Assembly: GCA_963850195.1 (NCBI GenBank)
Contig: CAWKKD010000003.1
Coordinates: forward strand, 109,307 to 173,306
Reading direction: 5' to 3'
Length of the DNA stretch: 64,000 nt
Origin: an uncultured Actinomycetota bacterium
GTDB lineage: Bacteria; Actinomycetota; Actinomycetes; Streptosporangiales; Streptosporangiaceae
Shown one piece after another: positions 52,058-61,771 of this stretch. The translations under genes were made by a program, and so were the position numbers. Position 1 is the first letter of the stretch, and each line of letters starts with the position of its first letter. The notes beneath the pieces were generated by a model. It did not search any database. It had not been told where the DNA came from and worked only from the letters and a program-made list of their open reading frames with translations.

Positions 52058-54964
52058 GTGGACCTTCGCGTGCTGGGGCCTGTCGAGGTACGCCGTGCCG
52101 GCGATTCCGCGCCGCAGGCCGTCCCCTATCCGAAGACCCGGCAGGCGATCGCGCTGCTGGCGGCGACCCCGACGAGGACGATGACGTCCGGCCAGCTGGC
52201 CGAGCGGCTGTGGGACGTCCCGCCGCGCAGCGCCGAGTCCGGAGTCACCACGCTGATGAGCCGCGCTCGCGAGGCCCTCGACGGCCGGCTCAGGAGCATC
52301 CGCGGGCGCGGTTACGAACTGGCTCTCGAGGCCGGTGACCAGGTCGACCTCGACACCTTCCGGGACCTCCTCCGGTTGGGACAGGACCTCGCCGGCGACG
52401 GGCGGCCCGATCGCGCCGAGGGACGGCTCACCGACGCGGTACGGATGTGGCGGCCGCCGATCCTGCACGACTTTCCCGTGACCGTACGTACGGCCGCGCT
52501 CTACCGGAGCCTGTTCGAGGAGTTCCACGCCGCGAGGGACGCGCTCGTCGACGTACGGTTCCTGCTCGGTGATCACCTCCGGCTGGTGAGTGAGCTGCGC
52601 CTGGCGGTGACGGATGAGCCGTTGGAGGAACACCTGTGGGCGCGGCTCATGCTCGCCCTCTACCGCTCGGGACGCGCGAGCGCCGCCGTGACCGCGTACG
52701 ACGACGCGGTGGCGCTCCTAGGCCGAGAGGCGCTGACGGCGGGGGAGGAGCTCGTGCGGATGCGGGCGCTGGTCCTCGCCCGCGATCCGATACTCGAGGA
52801 GCCGCGGCCCTGGCTTCCGCGGGAGGCCGCTCTCCCACATGCCACCCGGCCGCTGGCGCGGCAGCTCCCGCCCGACGTGAACGGCTGGACCGGCCGAACC
52901 CCGGAGATCGCCAGGCTCGTCCGGCGGCTCACCGCCTCACCCGGTCACGGCCCCCCGGTCGTGCAGATCGTCGGCATGCCGGGGGTCGGCAAGACGGCGC
53001 TGGCCGTCCACGTCGCCCATCAGGTGGCACGGCACTTCCCGGACGGGCAGCTGTACTTCCCCATGGCCGGGGCCGGCGCGACACCGCGCGACCCGGCGTT
53101 CGCCCTGTACGAGGCGCTCGTGCACGTGTTCGGGGTGGCCGCGCAGCACGTGCCGGAACGCCTCGAGGACCGCGCCGCCATGTATCGGTCCTGCCTCGCC
53201 GGACGCCGGATGCTGGTCGTGATCGACGATGCCGCCGGACCGGGACAGATACCGCCGCTGCTACCGGGCGGGCCGGGCTGCGGTGTCGTGATCACCAGCC
53301 GCGTACAGTCCTCCGGCGTCGCCGGCGGTGAGATCCTGAGCCTGGATCCGCTGTCGCACGACGAGGCGATGGCGATGCTCACCCGGCTTGCCGGTCCACG
53401 TGTCGGGGCGGATCCGGGCGGTGCCAGGGACATCATCACCGCGTGCTCGGGGTTGCCGCTCGCGTTGCTGATCGCCGGATCCCGGCTGGCCACCCGGCCG
53501 TCCTGGCAGCCCGGCCGGCTGGCGCGGCAGCTCGCGGACGGCGTTTCCCGGCTGGACGTCCTGACGTACGGCGACCGGGCGGTGCGGTCGGCACTGGCCG
53601 GCTCGTACGCGATGCTCAGCGCGACGGCGCAACGTGTCTTCCGCCGGCTGGCGTGGGCCGGGGCGGGGAACCTCGCCCCGTGGGCCGTCGGTGTCCTCCT
53701 GGGAGGCGCCCCGCCCGGACCGGTGATGGACGAGCTGGTCGATCGGCATCTGCTGATGCAGGACGGCGTCGATGCCCTCGGCCAGCCGCGTTATCGCCAG
53801 CACGACCTGGTCCGCGACTACGCGACCGAGCTGTGCTCGGCCGATCCCGACGCGGACGCCGCGTTGTCCGCGCTGCTCGCGGGCTGGCTCGACGTCCTCG
53901 ACGTGGCCGATCGGGCGCTGCCGCCGTCCCCGTTCTTCGCACCCCCCGTGCGCCGGGTCCCGCGAGAGCTCCCGCCCGGCACCGAGCCGGCCGGCGACTC
54001 ACCGTCGGCCTGGATCGGCAGCGAACTGCGGAGCCTCCTCGCGCTGACCGACACCGCGTGCGCGGCCGGTCAGTACCCTCTCGCCGCCGCGATCGCCGTA
54101 CGGCTGGCGGCTTACCAGCATCTCCAGGGCCTCCGGAACGAGGCCGAACGCATGTGGCGGACCATCGTCACGGCCGCCGAGGACGCGGGCGACGTACCGG
54201 CGGCGGCGGACGCCCGGCTCAGACTCGCCATGGTGTTGGGGCCGGACCTCGGGCGGTTCGATGCCGCGGTGGGGCTCCTGGACGAATGCGTGCGCGTCCA
54301 CCGGAACACGCCACAGGACGACGGCCGGCTGGCCGTGGCGCTCTCGTGCCGGGCGTTCTGCGCGCGGGCGGCGGGCGGCGGCGGCGCCGAGCGGGACGCC
54401 AGGGCCGGCCTGGACCTGGCGCGAGCGTCCGGAGACGGGCACACCATGTTCATGTGCCTGTCGACGCTCGGTTCGCTCGCCCAGGCGGACGGCCGGGACG
54501 CCGAGGCGGTGGCGCTCTGCGACCAGGCGCTTCGGATCACGGCCGAGCTCGGCGTGAGCACCTGGCACGGGGTGGCTCTGTGGATGCTGGTGAGCGTTCT
54601 GCTCGCGATCGGGAACCCGGAACGGGCCCTGACGCTCAGCGACGAGGGCATCGGGCTCTGCGAGGACACCGGTCACATCCTCGGTCTCTCGCGCCACCTG
54701 GCGCAGCGCGGCGAGGCACTGGCCGGCCTCGACCGGCTGGACGAGGCGATCGAGTCGTTCACCGCGGCGTTCATGCACATCGGCCGGCACGACGAATGGT
54801 TCGCGGCGCGGACCCGGGTGTCGCTCGCGGGCGTACTGCGGCGGGCCGGGCGCCTCCCCGAGGCCAGGGAGCAGTACCGCGACGCGATCGCGGTGTTCGG
54901 CCGGCGCGGAATGGCGGTCGAGGAGAACGAGGCGCGTGACGCGCTCGCCGGGTGCGGCCACTGA
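52058..54964 (+). CDS. AfsR-type SARP regulator: OmpR-like wHTH, BTAD, NB-ARC (STAND ATPase) and TPR domains
   Basis: VDLRVLGPVEV SARP start. BTAD region (EEHLWARLMLALYRSGRASAAVTAYD). P-loop GMPGVGKT. Long helical-repeat C-terminus. GAGGGGA RBS. Confidence 0.9.
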   Translation: MDLRVLGPVEVRRAGDSAPQAVPYPKTRQAIALLAATPTRTMTSGQLAERLWDVPPRSAESGVTTLMSRAREALDGRLRSIRGRGYELALEAGDQVDLDTFRDLLRLGQDLAGDGRPDRAEGRLTDAVRMWRPPILHDFPVTVRTAALYRSLFEEFHAARDALVDVRFLLGDHLRLVSELRLAVTDEPLEEHLWARLMLALYRSGRASAAVTAYDDAVALLGREALTAGEELVRMRALVLARDPILEEPRPWLPREAALPHATRPLARQLPPDVNGWTGRTPEIARLVRRLTASPGHGPPVVQIVGMPGVGKTALAVHVAHQVARHFPDGQLYFPMAGAGATPRDPAFALYEALVHVFGVAAQHVPERLEDRAAMYRSCLAGRRMLVVIDDAAGPGQIPPLLPGGPGCGVVITSRVQSSGVAGGEILSLDPLSHDEAMAMLTRLAGPRVGADPGGARDIITACSGLPLALLIAGSRLATRPSWQPGRLARQLADGVSRLDVLTYGDRAVRSALAGSYAMLSATAQRVFRRLAWAGAGNLAPWAVGVLLGGAPPGPVMDELVDRHLLMQDGVDALGQPRYRQHDLVRDYATELCSADPDADAALSALLAGWLDVLDVADRALPPSPFFAPPVRRVPRELPPGTEPAGDSPSAWIGSELRSLLALTDTACAAGQYPLAAAIAVRLAAYQHLQGLRNEAERMWRTIVTAAEDAGDVPAAADARLRLAMVLGPDLGRFDAAVGLLDECVRVHRNTPQDDGRLAVALSCRAFCARAAGGGGAERDARAGLDLARASGDGHTMFMCLSTLGSLAQADGRDAEAVALCDQALRITAELGVSTWHGVALWMLVSVLLAIGNPERALTLSDEGIGLCEDTGHILGLSRHLAQRGEALAGLDRLDEAIESFTAAFMHIGRHDEWFAARTRVSLAGVLRRAGRLPEAREQYRDAIAVFGRRGMAVEENEARDALAGCGH

Positions 54965-54986
54965 CGCGCCGGGCGCGTCAGTGGCC
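54956..54986. terminator. Perfect 14-bp-stem, 3-nt-loop hairpin spanning the SARP stop. Bidirectional terminator candidate with the convergent MFS gene.
   Basis: GGCCACTGACGCGC-cgg-GCGCGTCAGTGGCC, read directly. Confidence 0.6.
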
Positions 54987-55003
54987 GCCGGCGAGCGCGG
55001 CGG

Positions 55004-56290
55004 TCATGAGCCGCCGGATGGGACCTCCGCCGGGGCGACCGTTACCTGGTCACGGCCGAACGCCACGCTGTGGGCCTCCTTGCCGAACGCGGTCAGCAGG
55101 ACCACGACGAGGAGTGTGGGCGCCACGACGACCGCGAACGCGAACGAGTAGCCGTGGGCGTCCGCCAGGCGTTCCTGCAGGGGGAGGTTGATCGCCGCGA
55201 GCAGGTTGCCGAGCTGGTAGGTCACGCCGGGATAGAAGCCGCGGATGGCGTCCGGTGACATCTCGGTGAGGTGGGCCGGGATGACGCCCCAGGCGCCTTG
55301 GACGAAGAACTGCATCAGGAACGCGCCGAGCGCCAGGAACGCCGTGCTGTGGGAGTAGGAGAACAGCGGGACCACCAGCAGGGCCAGGAGTGAGGAGCCG
55401 ACGATGGCGCGACGGCGGCCGAGACGCTGCGACAGCGTGCCGACCAGGACGCCGCCGAGGATCGCGCCGATGTTGTAGATCACCGCGATGCCGACCGCGT
55501 AGTCCGGAGTGTGGGTCAGGCCCTTCTTCAGGAACGTCGGGTAGAGGTCCTGCGTGCCGTGCGACATGAAGTTGAAGGCCGTCATCAGCAGCACGAGGTA
55601 GAAGAACCGGAGCAGGACCTTGCGGTCGAAGAAGACCTTGCGCAGTGGCGTACGGGTGACCTGGAGGCGTTCGTTGGTACGTTCCCAGGCCTCCGACTCA
55701 CGGACGCGGTAGCGGACGTACAGCGCGATGAGCCCCGGCACGGCGCCGAACATGAACAGGCCGCGCCAGCCGAAGACCGGCGTGATGACGAAGTACGCGA
55801 CGGCGGCGACGAGGTAGCCCGTCGAGTAGCCGACCTGCAGCAGCCCGGAGTAGAAGCCCCGCTTGCTGACCGGCATCTTCTCCATCGCCAGGGATGCGCC
55901 GAGCCCCCACTCGCCGCCCATGCCGAGGCCGTACAGGAAGCGCAGCACCAGCAGCATGGTGAGCGAGGTCGAGAAACCGGAGACGAACTCGACGGCCGAG
56001 TAGAAGATGACGTCGGCCATGAGCGGCAATCGCCGGCCGACCTTGTCCGCCCAGATTCCGAAGACGTAGGCGCCGAGCGGCCGGGCGATGAGGGTCAGCG
56101 TCGTGGCGACGGTGACCTTCTCGGCCGAGGTCCCGAAATCCTTGGCGACTTCGGTGATGACGAAGATGAGGAGGAAGTAGTCGAAGGCGTCCATCGTCCA
56201 GCCGAGGAAGGCGGCGAGGAACGCGTTGCGTTGGTCGCGGTCGAGGCCGGAGGCCTGGTCGCGGATGTCGCTGAGCAGGGGGATGCCCAT
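55004..56290 (-). CDS. MFS transporter (metabolite:H+ symporter type)
   Basis: 12 predicted TM segments and a D-KVGRR loop motif (ADKVGRRLPL). ATG at 56290 after GAAGGA. Confidence 0.85.
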   Translation of the reverse strand: MGIPLLSDIRDQASGLDRDQRNAFLAAFLGWTMDAFDYFLLIFVITEVAKDFGTSAEKVTVATTLTLIARPLGAYVFGIWADKVGRRLPLMADVIFYSAVEFVSGFSTSLTMLLVLRFLYGLGMGGEWGLGASLAMEKMPVSKRGFYSGLLQVGYSTGYLVAAVAYFVITPVFGWRGLFMFGAVPGLIALYVRYRVRESEAWERTNERLQVTRTPLRKVFFDRKVLLRFFYLVLLMTAFNFMSHGTQDLYPTFLKKGLTHTPDYAVGIAVIYNIGAILGGVLVGTLSQRLGRRRAIVGSSLLALLVVPLFSYSHSTAFLALGAFLMQFFVQGAWGVIPAHLTEMSPDAIRGFYPGVTYQLGNLLAAINLPLQERLADAHGYSFAFAVVVAPTLLVVVLLTAFGKEAHSVAFGRDQVTVAPAEVPSGGS

Positions 56291-56401
56291 GTCGAATCCT
56301 TCGTCTGGTCCATTGCTCCAGTGAGCCATTACCCCAATCAGCGCGACAAGACCGCCATATCCGACAGATTGATCATCGGCCATTCAGCGCGTTCAATGAG
56401 G

Positions 56402-56433
56402 GCGCCGGGGCCGGACCGGAGTGGCCCCGGCGC
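56402..56433 (-). terminator. Hairpin terminator after the phosphodiester-glycosidase gene
   Basis: Perfect 11-bp stem GCGCCGGGGCC / GGCCCCGGCGC with a 10-nt loop, 7 nt after the stop. Confidence 0.6.
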
Positions 56434-56439
56434 GACCTC

Positions 56440-57672
56440 TCACGGGCGGACGAACACCCCGATGCCGTTGGCGACGGCGCGCTCGGCCGAGCCGGACGGT
56501 ACGTTGCGGACGCTCGCGGACGGTTCGCCCGGCGCGCGCAGGACGAGGGTCGTCGAGCCGCCTCCGTCGAGGTCCAGAGCGTCGTCGGCGCCGACGTGGT
56601 GGACCACCGCCGCCAGCTCGGCGATGGTCGTGCCGTTGCTCAGCGCCGTATGGCCGTCCACGACGACGAGGTACACACGCCGTCCGTTCCGGCTCACCCC
56701 GGCCGCCGTACGGCCCGCGAGGGTGACCGGGTCCAGGTCCACGGGTGCCGCGCCGTCGTGCAGGATCGGGAAGCCGCCCACCGCGAAGCGCAGGTGCTCG
56801 GGACCGGTCAGGTGGTAGCCGACGTGGACGTGCCGACCCGGCCGCAGCCGGCGCAGGGCGTCGGCGCCCGCATCCCGGCCCACCAGCACGGTCGTGTCCG
56901 GCGGGATCGGGCCCGCGCCGACCGTGTCGGCGACGCCCGTCACGACGCCGTGCCGTACGGCGGCCTCCGCGATGTCGGTACTGCACGGTGCGCCGCGTAC
57001 GAGGTCGGTGCCGCACACCGCGCGCCGTCGGGAGACCGTTCCCCAGGCCGCCGTGTAGGCGCCGATGCCGCCGACCGGCAGCGCGTACTGGTTCAGCCCG
57101 CCGAGCGGGAGTGTGCCCTCGGGAACGTGGACGGTCCCGGCCAGGTGCAGGGTGGACACGCGGCCGATCCGGTCCCGGCCGACGCCGATGACCGTCTCCG
57201 TGGTCGTGCCGATGGGCGGCAGCGGACCGAACCGCTGCCCGTCCGGTACGGCCGCCTTCAGGTCACGCCCGTCGGCGACCTCGGGCCCGACCGCCGAGCC
57301 CGTCGGCGGTACGCCCGGATGGGTCTCGCTGATGTTGAAGAAGTCGCCGTTGACGCCCGCGACCGCGTGCTGGGCGTCCGCCATCCGCGATACCTGTGCG
57401 CGCGCCGCGACGGCGGGCGGGTGGAGCAGGCCGAGGCTCACCCGCGGCTCGCGCAGGTCGACCTCGAACAGGTCGCCGACGGCCGGACCGCCCACGCCGA
57501 TCATCTCGAAGGTACGGAACGTCACGCCGGGCCAGACCCGCCAGGACCCGGTGTAGCGGAACGGTGGGTCGGCGGTGGCCACGGCCGGTGCCTGGACCGC
57601 GGCGACGCACGCCGCGATCGGGACGATTAACGCGGACAGGGTTCTTCTCAACACCGGCAACGCCCTTCTCAC
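56440..57672 (-). CDS. Secreted phosphodiester glycosidase family protein (NAGPA/DUF2233-like)
   Basis: Signal peptide. AVAGVNGDFF motif typical of the family. Confidence 0.75.
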   Translation of the reverse strand: MRRALPVLRRTLSALIVPIAACVAAVQAPAVATADPPFRYTGSWRVWPGVTFRTFEMIGVGGPAVGDLFEVDLREPRVSLGLLHPPAVAARAQVSRMADAQHAVAGVNGDFFNISETHPGVPPTGSAVGPEVADGRDLKAAVPDGQRFGPLPPIGTTTETVIGVGRDRIGRVSTLHLAGTVHVPEGTLPLGGLNQYALPVGGIGAYTAAWGTVSRRRAVCGTDLVRGAPCSTDIAEAAVRHGVVTGVADTVGAGPIPPDTTVLVGRDAGADALRRLRPGRHVHVGYHLTGPEHLRFAVGGFPILHDGAAPVDLDPVTLAGRTAAGVSRNGRRVYLVVVDGHTALSNGTTIAELAAVVHHVGADDALDLDGGGSTTLVLRAPGEPSASVRNVPSGSAERAVANGIGVFVRP

Positions 57673-57735
57673 GGGTACGTGACCCGGTGATCATGACGTG
57701 GATCCGGTGGTACATCCGGGTGCCGCGCTCGGACG

Positions 57736-58152
57736 TCAGAGGTTGAGCACCGAGGGGTCATCGGCGATGGCCCTCAGGTGGGCGCCCGGGTCCTCGAGCA
57801 GGCGGCGCTCCTCGAGCTTCAAGAAGCCGCACACCGACGTCATCGACGCGCATGGGGTGCCGTCGGCGCGTACGTACTCCTGGACCAGGCGGAACGTCTT
57901 GCCCGGGCCCCACACGAAGTCGCACGACACGTCGACCTCGTCGCCACCGCGCAGCTCGTTCGCGAACTTGATGGTGCACTCGAGCTGCACCGGGCCGACG
58001 CCGCTCGCGAGCAGCTTGTCGGTCGGGATACCGGCCGCGCGCAGGCACTCCCAGCGGGCGTGCTCGCCGTACTGGTGGTAGACGGCCGAGTTGAGGTGGC
58101 CCTGGGTGTCCAGCTCGTAGCCGCGGACCAGGACCCGTACGGAGAAGGTCAT
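57736..58152 (-). CDS. Hotdog-fold acyl-CoA thioesterase (4HBT/YbgC-like)
   Basis: 138 aa. VRGYELDTQGHLNSAVYHQY catalytic-region pattern. Confidence 0.8.
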   Translation of the reverse strand: MTFSVRVLVRGYELDTQGHLNSAVYHQYGEHARWECLRAAGIPTDKLLASGVGPVQLECTIKFANELRGGDEVDVSCDFVWGPGKTFRLVQEYVRADGTPCASMTSVCGFLKLEERRLLEDPGAHLRAIADDPSVLNL

Positions 58153-58172
58153 CAGAGCACCCTACGGTGGCC

Positions 58173-58652
58173 TCAGTCGATGGCGACCTCGGCCTCGATC
58201 TCCACCGGGATCCGGAACGGCAGCTCGGCCATTCCGACCGCGGAGCGGCTGTGCGCACCGGCCTCCGGTCCCCACAGCTCCAGGATGAGGTCGGAGAAGC
58301 CGTTGATCACCAGCGGCGTACGCGTGAAGCCCGGTGCGGTGTTGACCATGCCGAACACCCGCAGCCAGGCGGTGACCCGGTCGAGGTCGCCCAGCTCGCG
58401 GCGCAGGCTCGCCAGGACGGCCAGCGCGGTCGACCGGGCCGCCAGGTAGGCGTCCTCCTCCGAGACCTCGGCGCCGACCTTGCCCAGCACCTTGGGCATC
58501 GAGCCGTCAGGCATCAGCGGGCCGTGGCCGGAGACGAACGCCCGGCCGTTCCACACCCGTACCCAGGGGAAGGGCAGCTCCGCGCCGGGCGGCGGTGTCA
58601 TGGGCTCGGGGAGTTCGAGCCCGAGCTCGGCCAGTCGGCGTTCGATGAGCAC
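58173..58652 (-). CDS. RidA/YjgF-family protein
   Basis: RLAELGLELPEP...AFVSGHGP...VEIEAEV pattern. GTG at 58652, 5 nt after AAGGAG. Confidence 0.8.
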   Translation of the reverse strand: MLIERRLAELGLELPEPMTPPPGAELPFPWVRVWNGRAFVSGHGPLMPDGSMPKVLGKVGAEVSEEDAYLAARSTALAVLASLRRELGDLDRVTAWLRVFGMVNTAPGFTRTPLVINGFSDLILELWGPEAGAHSRSAVGMAELPFRIPVEIEAEVAID

Positions 58653-59383
58653 GCGATCTCCTTGCGGGTCTCGAAGCGGTGGAACAGCGCGCACAGACCG
58701 GCCAGGACGAGGACGAAGACCGGCAGCCAGGGCAACCGGTGCAAGGGCCAGTCGCCGGTCGGCGGGTCGAGCAGCCCCGGCAGCGTACCGAACGGTAGTC
58801 CGGCGAACGTCACCAGCAGCAGCGCGGTCTGGTGCCAGCAGTACAGGGTCATCGCGCCGAGGTTGAGCGCGGCGACGGGCGCCCAGGCGGCGGGGCGCCG
58901 CAGCAACCGGGCCAGCCGCGGCCGCAGCAGCAGGAACGCGCCGAGCTGCGCGGCGGCCAGCGCCAGGGTGAACAGCGAAGGCGGATCGAGGTTAGACCAG
59001 CCGCCGCCCGGTACGCCCACCGCGCGGGCCGGGTAGCCGGCCAGGAACACCAGCGCGGCGCCACCAAGTACGCCCGCCGGCAGCAGGGCCGTACCGACTC
59101 GGCGGGCCAGGCCGCCCTCGGCCAGCGCGATGCCCAGCAGGTACGGCACCGCCCACGCCACCGGTACGGCCGGCAGCGCGAGCCACGTCGGCAGGCCGTA
59201 CGGGCGGACCGCGTCGGTCACCGCGACCAGCGCCACCGGCGGCAGCGCCGACACCAGCCAGTGCCCGAGCACCACACCGACGGTCGCCACCGCCCTCAGG
59301 GCGTCCACCGTACGGTCCCGGTACGCGGGCGTCCCCGCCTCGATCCGCGCCGCCCAGCCCGCGGGTACCTCGATCGTGGTCAC
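58598..59383 (-). CDS. Acyltransferase-3 (AT3) family membrane protein, short form
   Basis: DALRAVATVGVVLGHWL AT3 N-terminal motif and multiple TM segments. Its GTG overlaps the upstream gene's stop (GTGA). Its 3' end overlaps the RidA start by 55 nt. Confidence 0.65.
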   Translation of the reverse strand: MTTIEVPAGWAARIEAGTPAYRDRTVDALRAVATVGVVLGHWLVSALPPVALVAVTDAVRPYGLPTWLALPAVPVAWAVPYLLGIALAEGGLARRVGTALLPAGVLGGAALVFLAGYPARAVGVPGGGWSNLDPPSLFTLALAAAQLGAFLLLRPRLARLLRRPAAWAPVAALNLGAMTLYCWHQTALLLVTFAGLPFGTLPGLLDPPTGDWPLHRLPWLPVFVLVLAGLCALFHRFETRKEIACSSNADWPSSGSNSPSP

Positions 59384-60435
59384 GGCCGGTCTCCGGATAC
59401 GGCGATGCGGGCCAGGGCGGCCAGCGAGTCGGTGCCGGGCGCGAGGTAGCCGTCGTGGCCGGTCACGTCCGCGGTGGCGAATGCGCGGGCGCCGAAGCCC
59501 GGATCGGCGGGCTTCACGCCGTGGCCGAGCCCGAGCACCCGTACGCCCGGCACCCACCGGATCCAGTCGCGCCTGGACTGCCCGGCCCTCACTCGCGCCG
59601 TGGTGCCGAGCCGCGTCACGTCGTTCACGCCCATCCCGGGGCTGCCGAACACCGCGAGGTCCGTCACCTGCCGGGGCAGCCGGGGCGCGGCCAGGCCGAT
59701 CACCGTCGACCCGTAGCTGTGCCCCAGCAGCGCGACGGTCGCCTGGGGGCGGACCGCGACCAGACCGGCCACGAACCGGTCCAGCGCCATGGCACCCGCC
59801 CGCGCCAGGTCCTCGCGCGCCTCGGCCGCGTCGATCCCCTGCGGAGTGTCGTAGCCGAGCCAGGCGATCACCGCGAGCCGTGCGTCACCGGCCGCCCGGT
59901 ACAGGTCGGCGGCCTGCACCGCTGGCGAGCGGTGTCGCCTGCCGCCCACGCCTCGCCAGAAGTTCGCCGCGCGGCCGCCCGCCCCAGGCACGAGGACGGC
60001 GATGCGATCCGCCCTCGGCAGGTCGCCGAACACCTGCGCCACCCGGCCTCGGCCGCGCGGGTCGAACAGCAGGTACCGCCCGGCACGATCCCGGTATGGG
60101 GAGCCGGCCGCGCGCATCGCACGCCGGTTCGCCGCGTACCGCAGCTCCACCGGCGCGCCGTCCAGGTCGCCCACCACGCCCGGGTACGCGTCGGCCAGCT
60201 CGCGCCGCTCGGCCGGACCGGCGGCGGACAGGAAGGCGCCTACCGCGGCGGGGTCGGCCGACACCGGATCCGGCAGCCGCCGGGCGTCGGCACGCCACGC
60301 GGCGGCGCCCACCGGCGGCCCCGACCGTGCCACGCCGGGTGCGGCCAGCAGCGCGCCCGCCGTCGGTGTCACCATCACGACGGCCGTGGCGGTCGCCAGT
60401 CGCGCGAACCTCATCCGGTGGCGTCGGGGGGTCAT
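59380..60435 (-). CDS. Secreted alpha/beta hydrolase, DUF1023-like
   Basis: Signal peptide MRFARLATATAVVMV. GHSYGS nucleophile elbow. The start is at 60435 or 60414. Confidence 0.75.
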   Translation of the reverse strand: MTPRRHRMRFARLATATAVVMVTPTAGALLAAPGVARSGPPVGAAAWRADARRLPDPVSADPAAVGAFLSAAGPAERRELADAYPGVVGDLDGAPVELRYAANRRAMRAAGSPYRDRAGRYLLFDPRGRGRVAQVFGDLPRADRIAVLVPGAGGRAANFWRGVGGRRHRSPAVQAADLYRAAGDARLAVIAWLGYDTPQGIDAAEAREDLARAGAMALDRFVAGLVAVRPQATVALLGHSYGSTVIGLAAPRLPRQVTDLAVFGSPGMGVNDVTRLGTTARVRAGQSRRDWIRWVPGVRVLGLGHGVKPADPGFGARAFATADVTGHDGYLAPGTDSLAALARIAVSGDRP

Positions 60436-60577
60436 TTCGATCACCCGGCAAACGGTGCCGCCGGCCACCCCGGCGCGTCATCGGACCATCGCCGTCATTT
60501 GCCGGGGACGTCTGTCGACCGTGGTCGTACACCCGTGGTCCGATGCCCGGCGGACACCGCGCGGCTACCATCGGCGC

Positions 60578-61771
60578 ATGCTCGCGACGCCCCCGATTCC
60601 GCTGCTCAAGCGCGTGCCGCCCGGGGCCTGGACGGCCCTGACCTGGTGTGCGGGCGGGGCGTTCACGTTCCTCATCCGGATGAGGCTGCCGGGTGAGGCG
60701 GAGCCCGCCGTACGCGCCGGGGCCCTGTTCTACCGATGGGACGGCCTGACGACCCTGACGGTCGCCACCGCCCTGGCGCTGGGCGGCAGCCGCCTGCTGC
60801 GCCGCCGCCCGACCGCGGCGCTCGTCCTGATGCTCGCCGGCTCCGTCATCGCGTCCCTCGCGCTGAGCGTCGGGGCGATCCCGCCGGCGCAGTTCCTCGC
60901 GGTCGACGTCGCCCTGTGCCTCATCGCGGCCGACCGGCCGCGCCGTACCTCGCTCGCCGCGCTGGCCCTGACGCTCGCCGTCCTGGCCGGTTACCTGACC
61001 ACGCGGCTGCTGTGCGGGTGGAGCGTCGGTACCTCGACGGAACTGGCCGTGGCCATGACGGCCGTCATCGCGTGGCTCATCGGCAACTCCACGCACCAGG
61101 CCCGCGACCACGCCCAGCAGCTCGGCGCCCAGGCCGCGGCCCAGGCGGTCACCGCCGAACGGCTCCGGATCGCCCGCGAGCTGCACGACATGGTCGCGCA
61201 CAGCATCGGCATCGTCGCCCTGCAGGCCGGTGCCGCGAGGCGGGTCATCGACACCCAGCCGGAACGCGCGCGCGACGCGCTGGGCGAGGTCGAGACCGCC
61301 AGCCGGGAAACGCTGTCGGGCCTGCGCCGGATGCTCGGCGCGCTCCGCCAGGCGGAACCCGAGGCGGAGCCGCTCGATCCGGCGCCCGGCCTGGCGGACG
61401 TCGAACGCCTGGCCGCGGCGACGACGGCCGCCGGCGTACGCGTCGACGTGCGGTGGCTGGGGGAGCGGCGCCCGCTGCCTCCGGAGATCGACGTGTCCGC
61501 CTACCGGATCATCCAGGAGGCGGTCACCAACGTGGTGCGCCACGCGGGCACCCACTCCTGCGAGGTGTCCATCGACTACGGCGACGAGGAACTGTCCATC
61601 GGGGTCGACGACGGCGGACGGGGCGGCGGTCCCGTGGACACCGGGTACGGCCTGGCCGGAATGCGCGAACGCGTCGCACTGCTGCACGGCGACTTCACCG
61701 CCGAACCACGTCCCGAAGGCGGCTTCCGCGTGACGGCACGCCTGCCCGTACCGGCAGGGACCATCCGATGA
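60578..61771 (+). CDS. Sensor histidine kinase (HisKA_3 / NarX-DesK type)
   Basis: H-box RIARELHDMVAHS. N-terminal TM segments. C-terminal HATPase (GYGLAGMRERV). Confidence 0.9.
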   Translation: MLATPPIPLLKRVPPGAWTALTWCAGGAFTFLIRMRLPGEAEPAVRAGALFYRWDGLTTLTVATALALGGSRLLRRRPTAALVLMLAGSVIASLALSVGAIPPAQFLAVDVALCLIAADRPRRTSLAALALTLAVLAGYLTTRLLCGWSVGTSTELAVAMTAVIAWLIGNSTHQARDHAQQLGAQAAAQAVTAERLRIARELHDMVAHSIGIVALQAGAARRVIDTQPERARDALGEVETASRETLSGLRRMLGALRQAEPEAEPLDPAPGLADVERLAAATTAAGVRVDVRWLGERRPLPPEIDVSAYRIIQEAVTNVVRHAGTHSCEVSIDYGDEELSIGVDDGGRGGGPVDTGYGLAGMRERVALLHGDFTAEPRPEGGFRVTARLPVPAGTIR

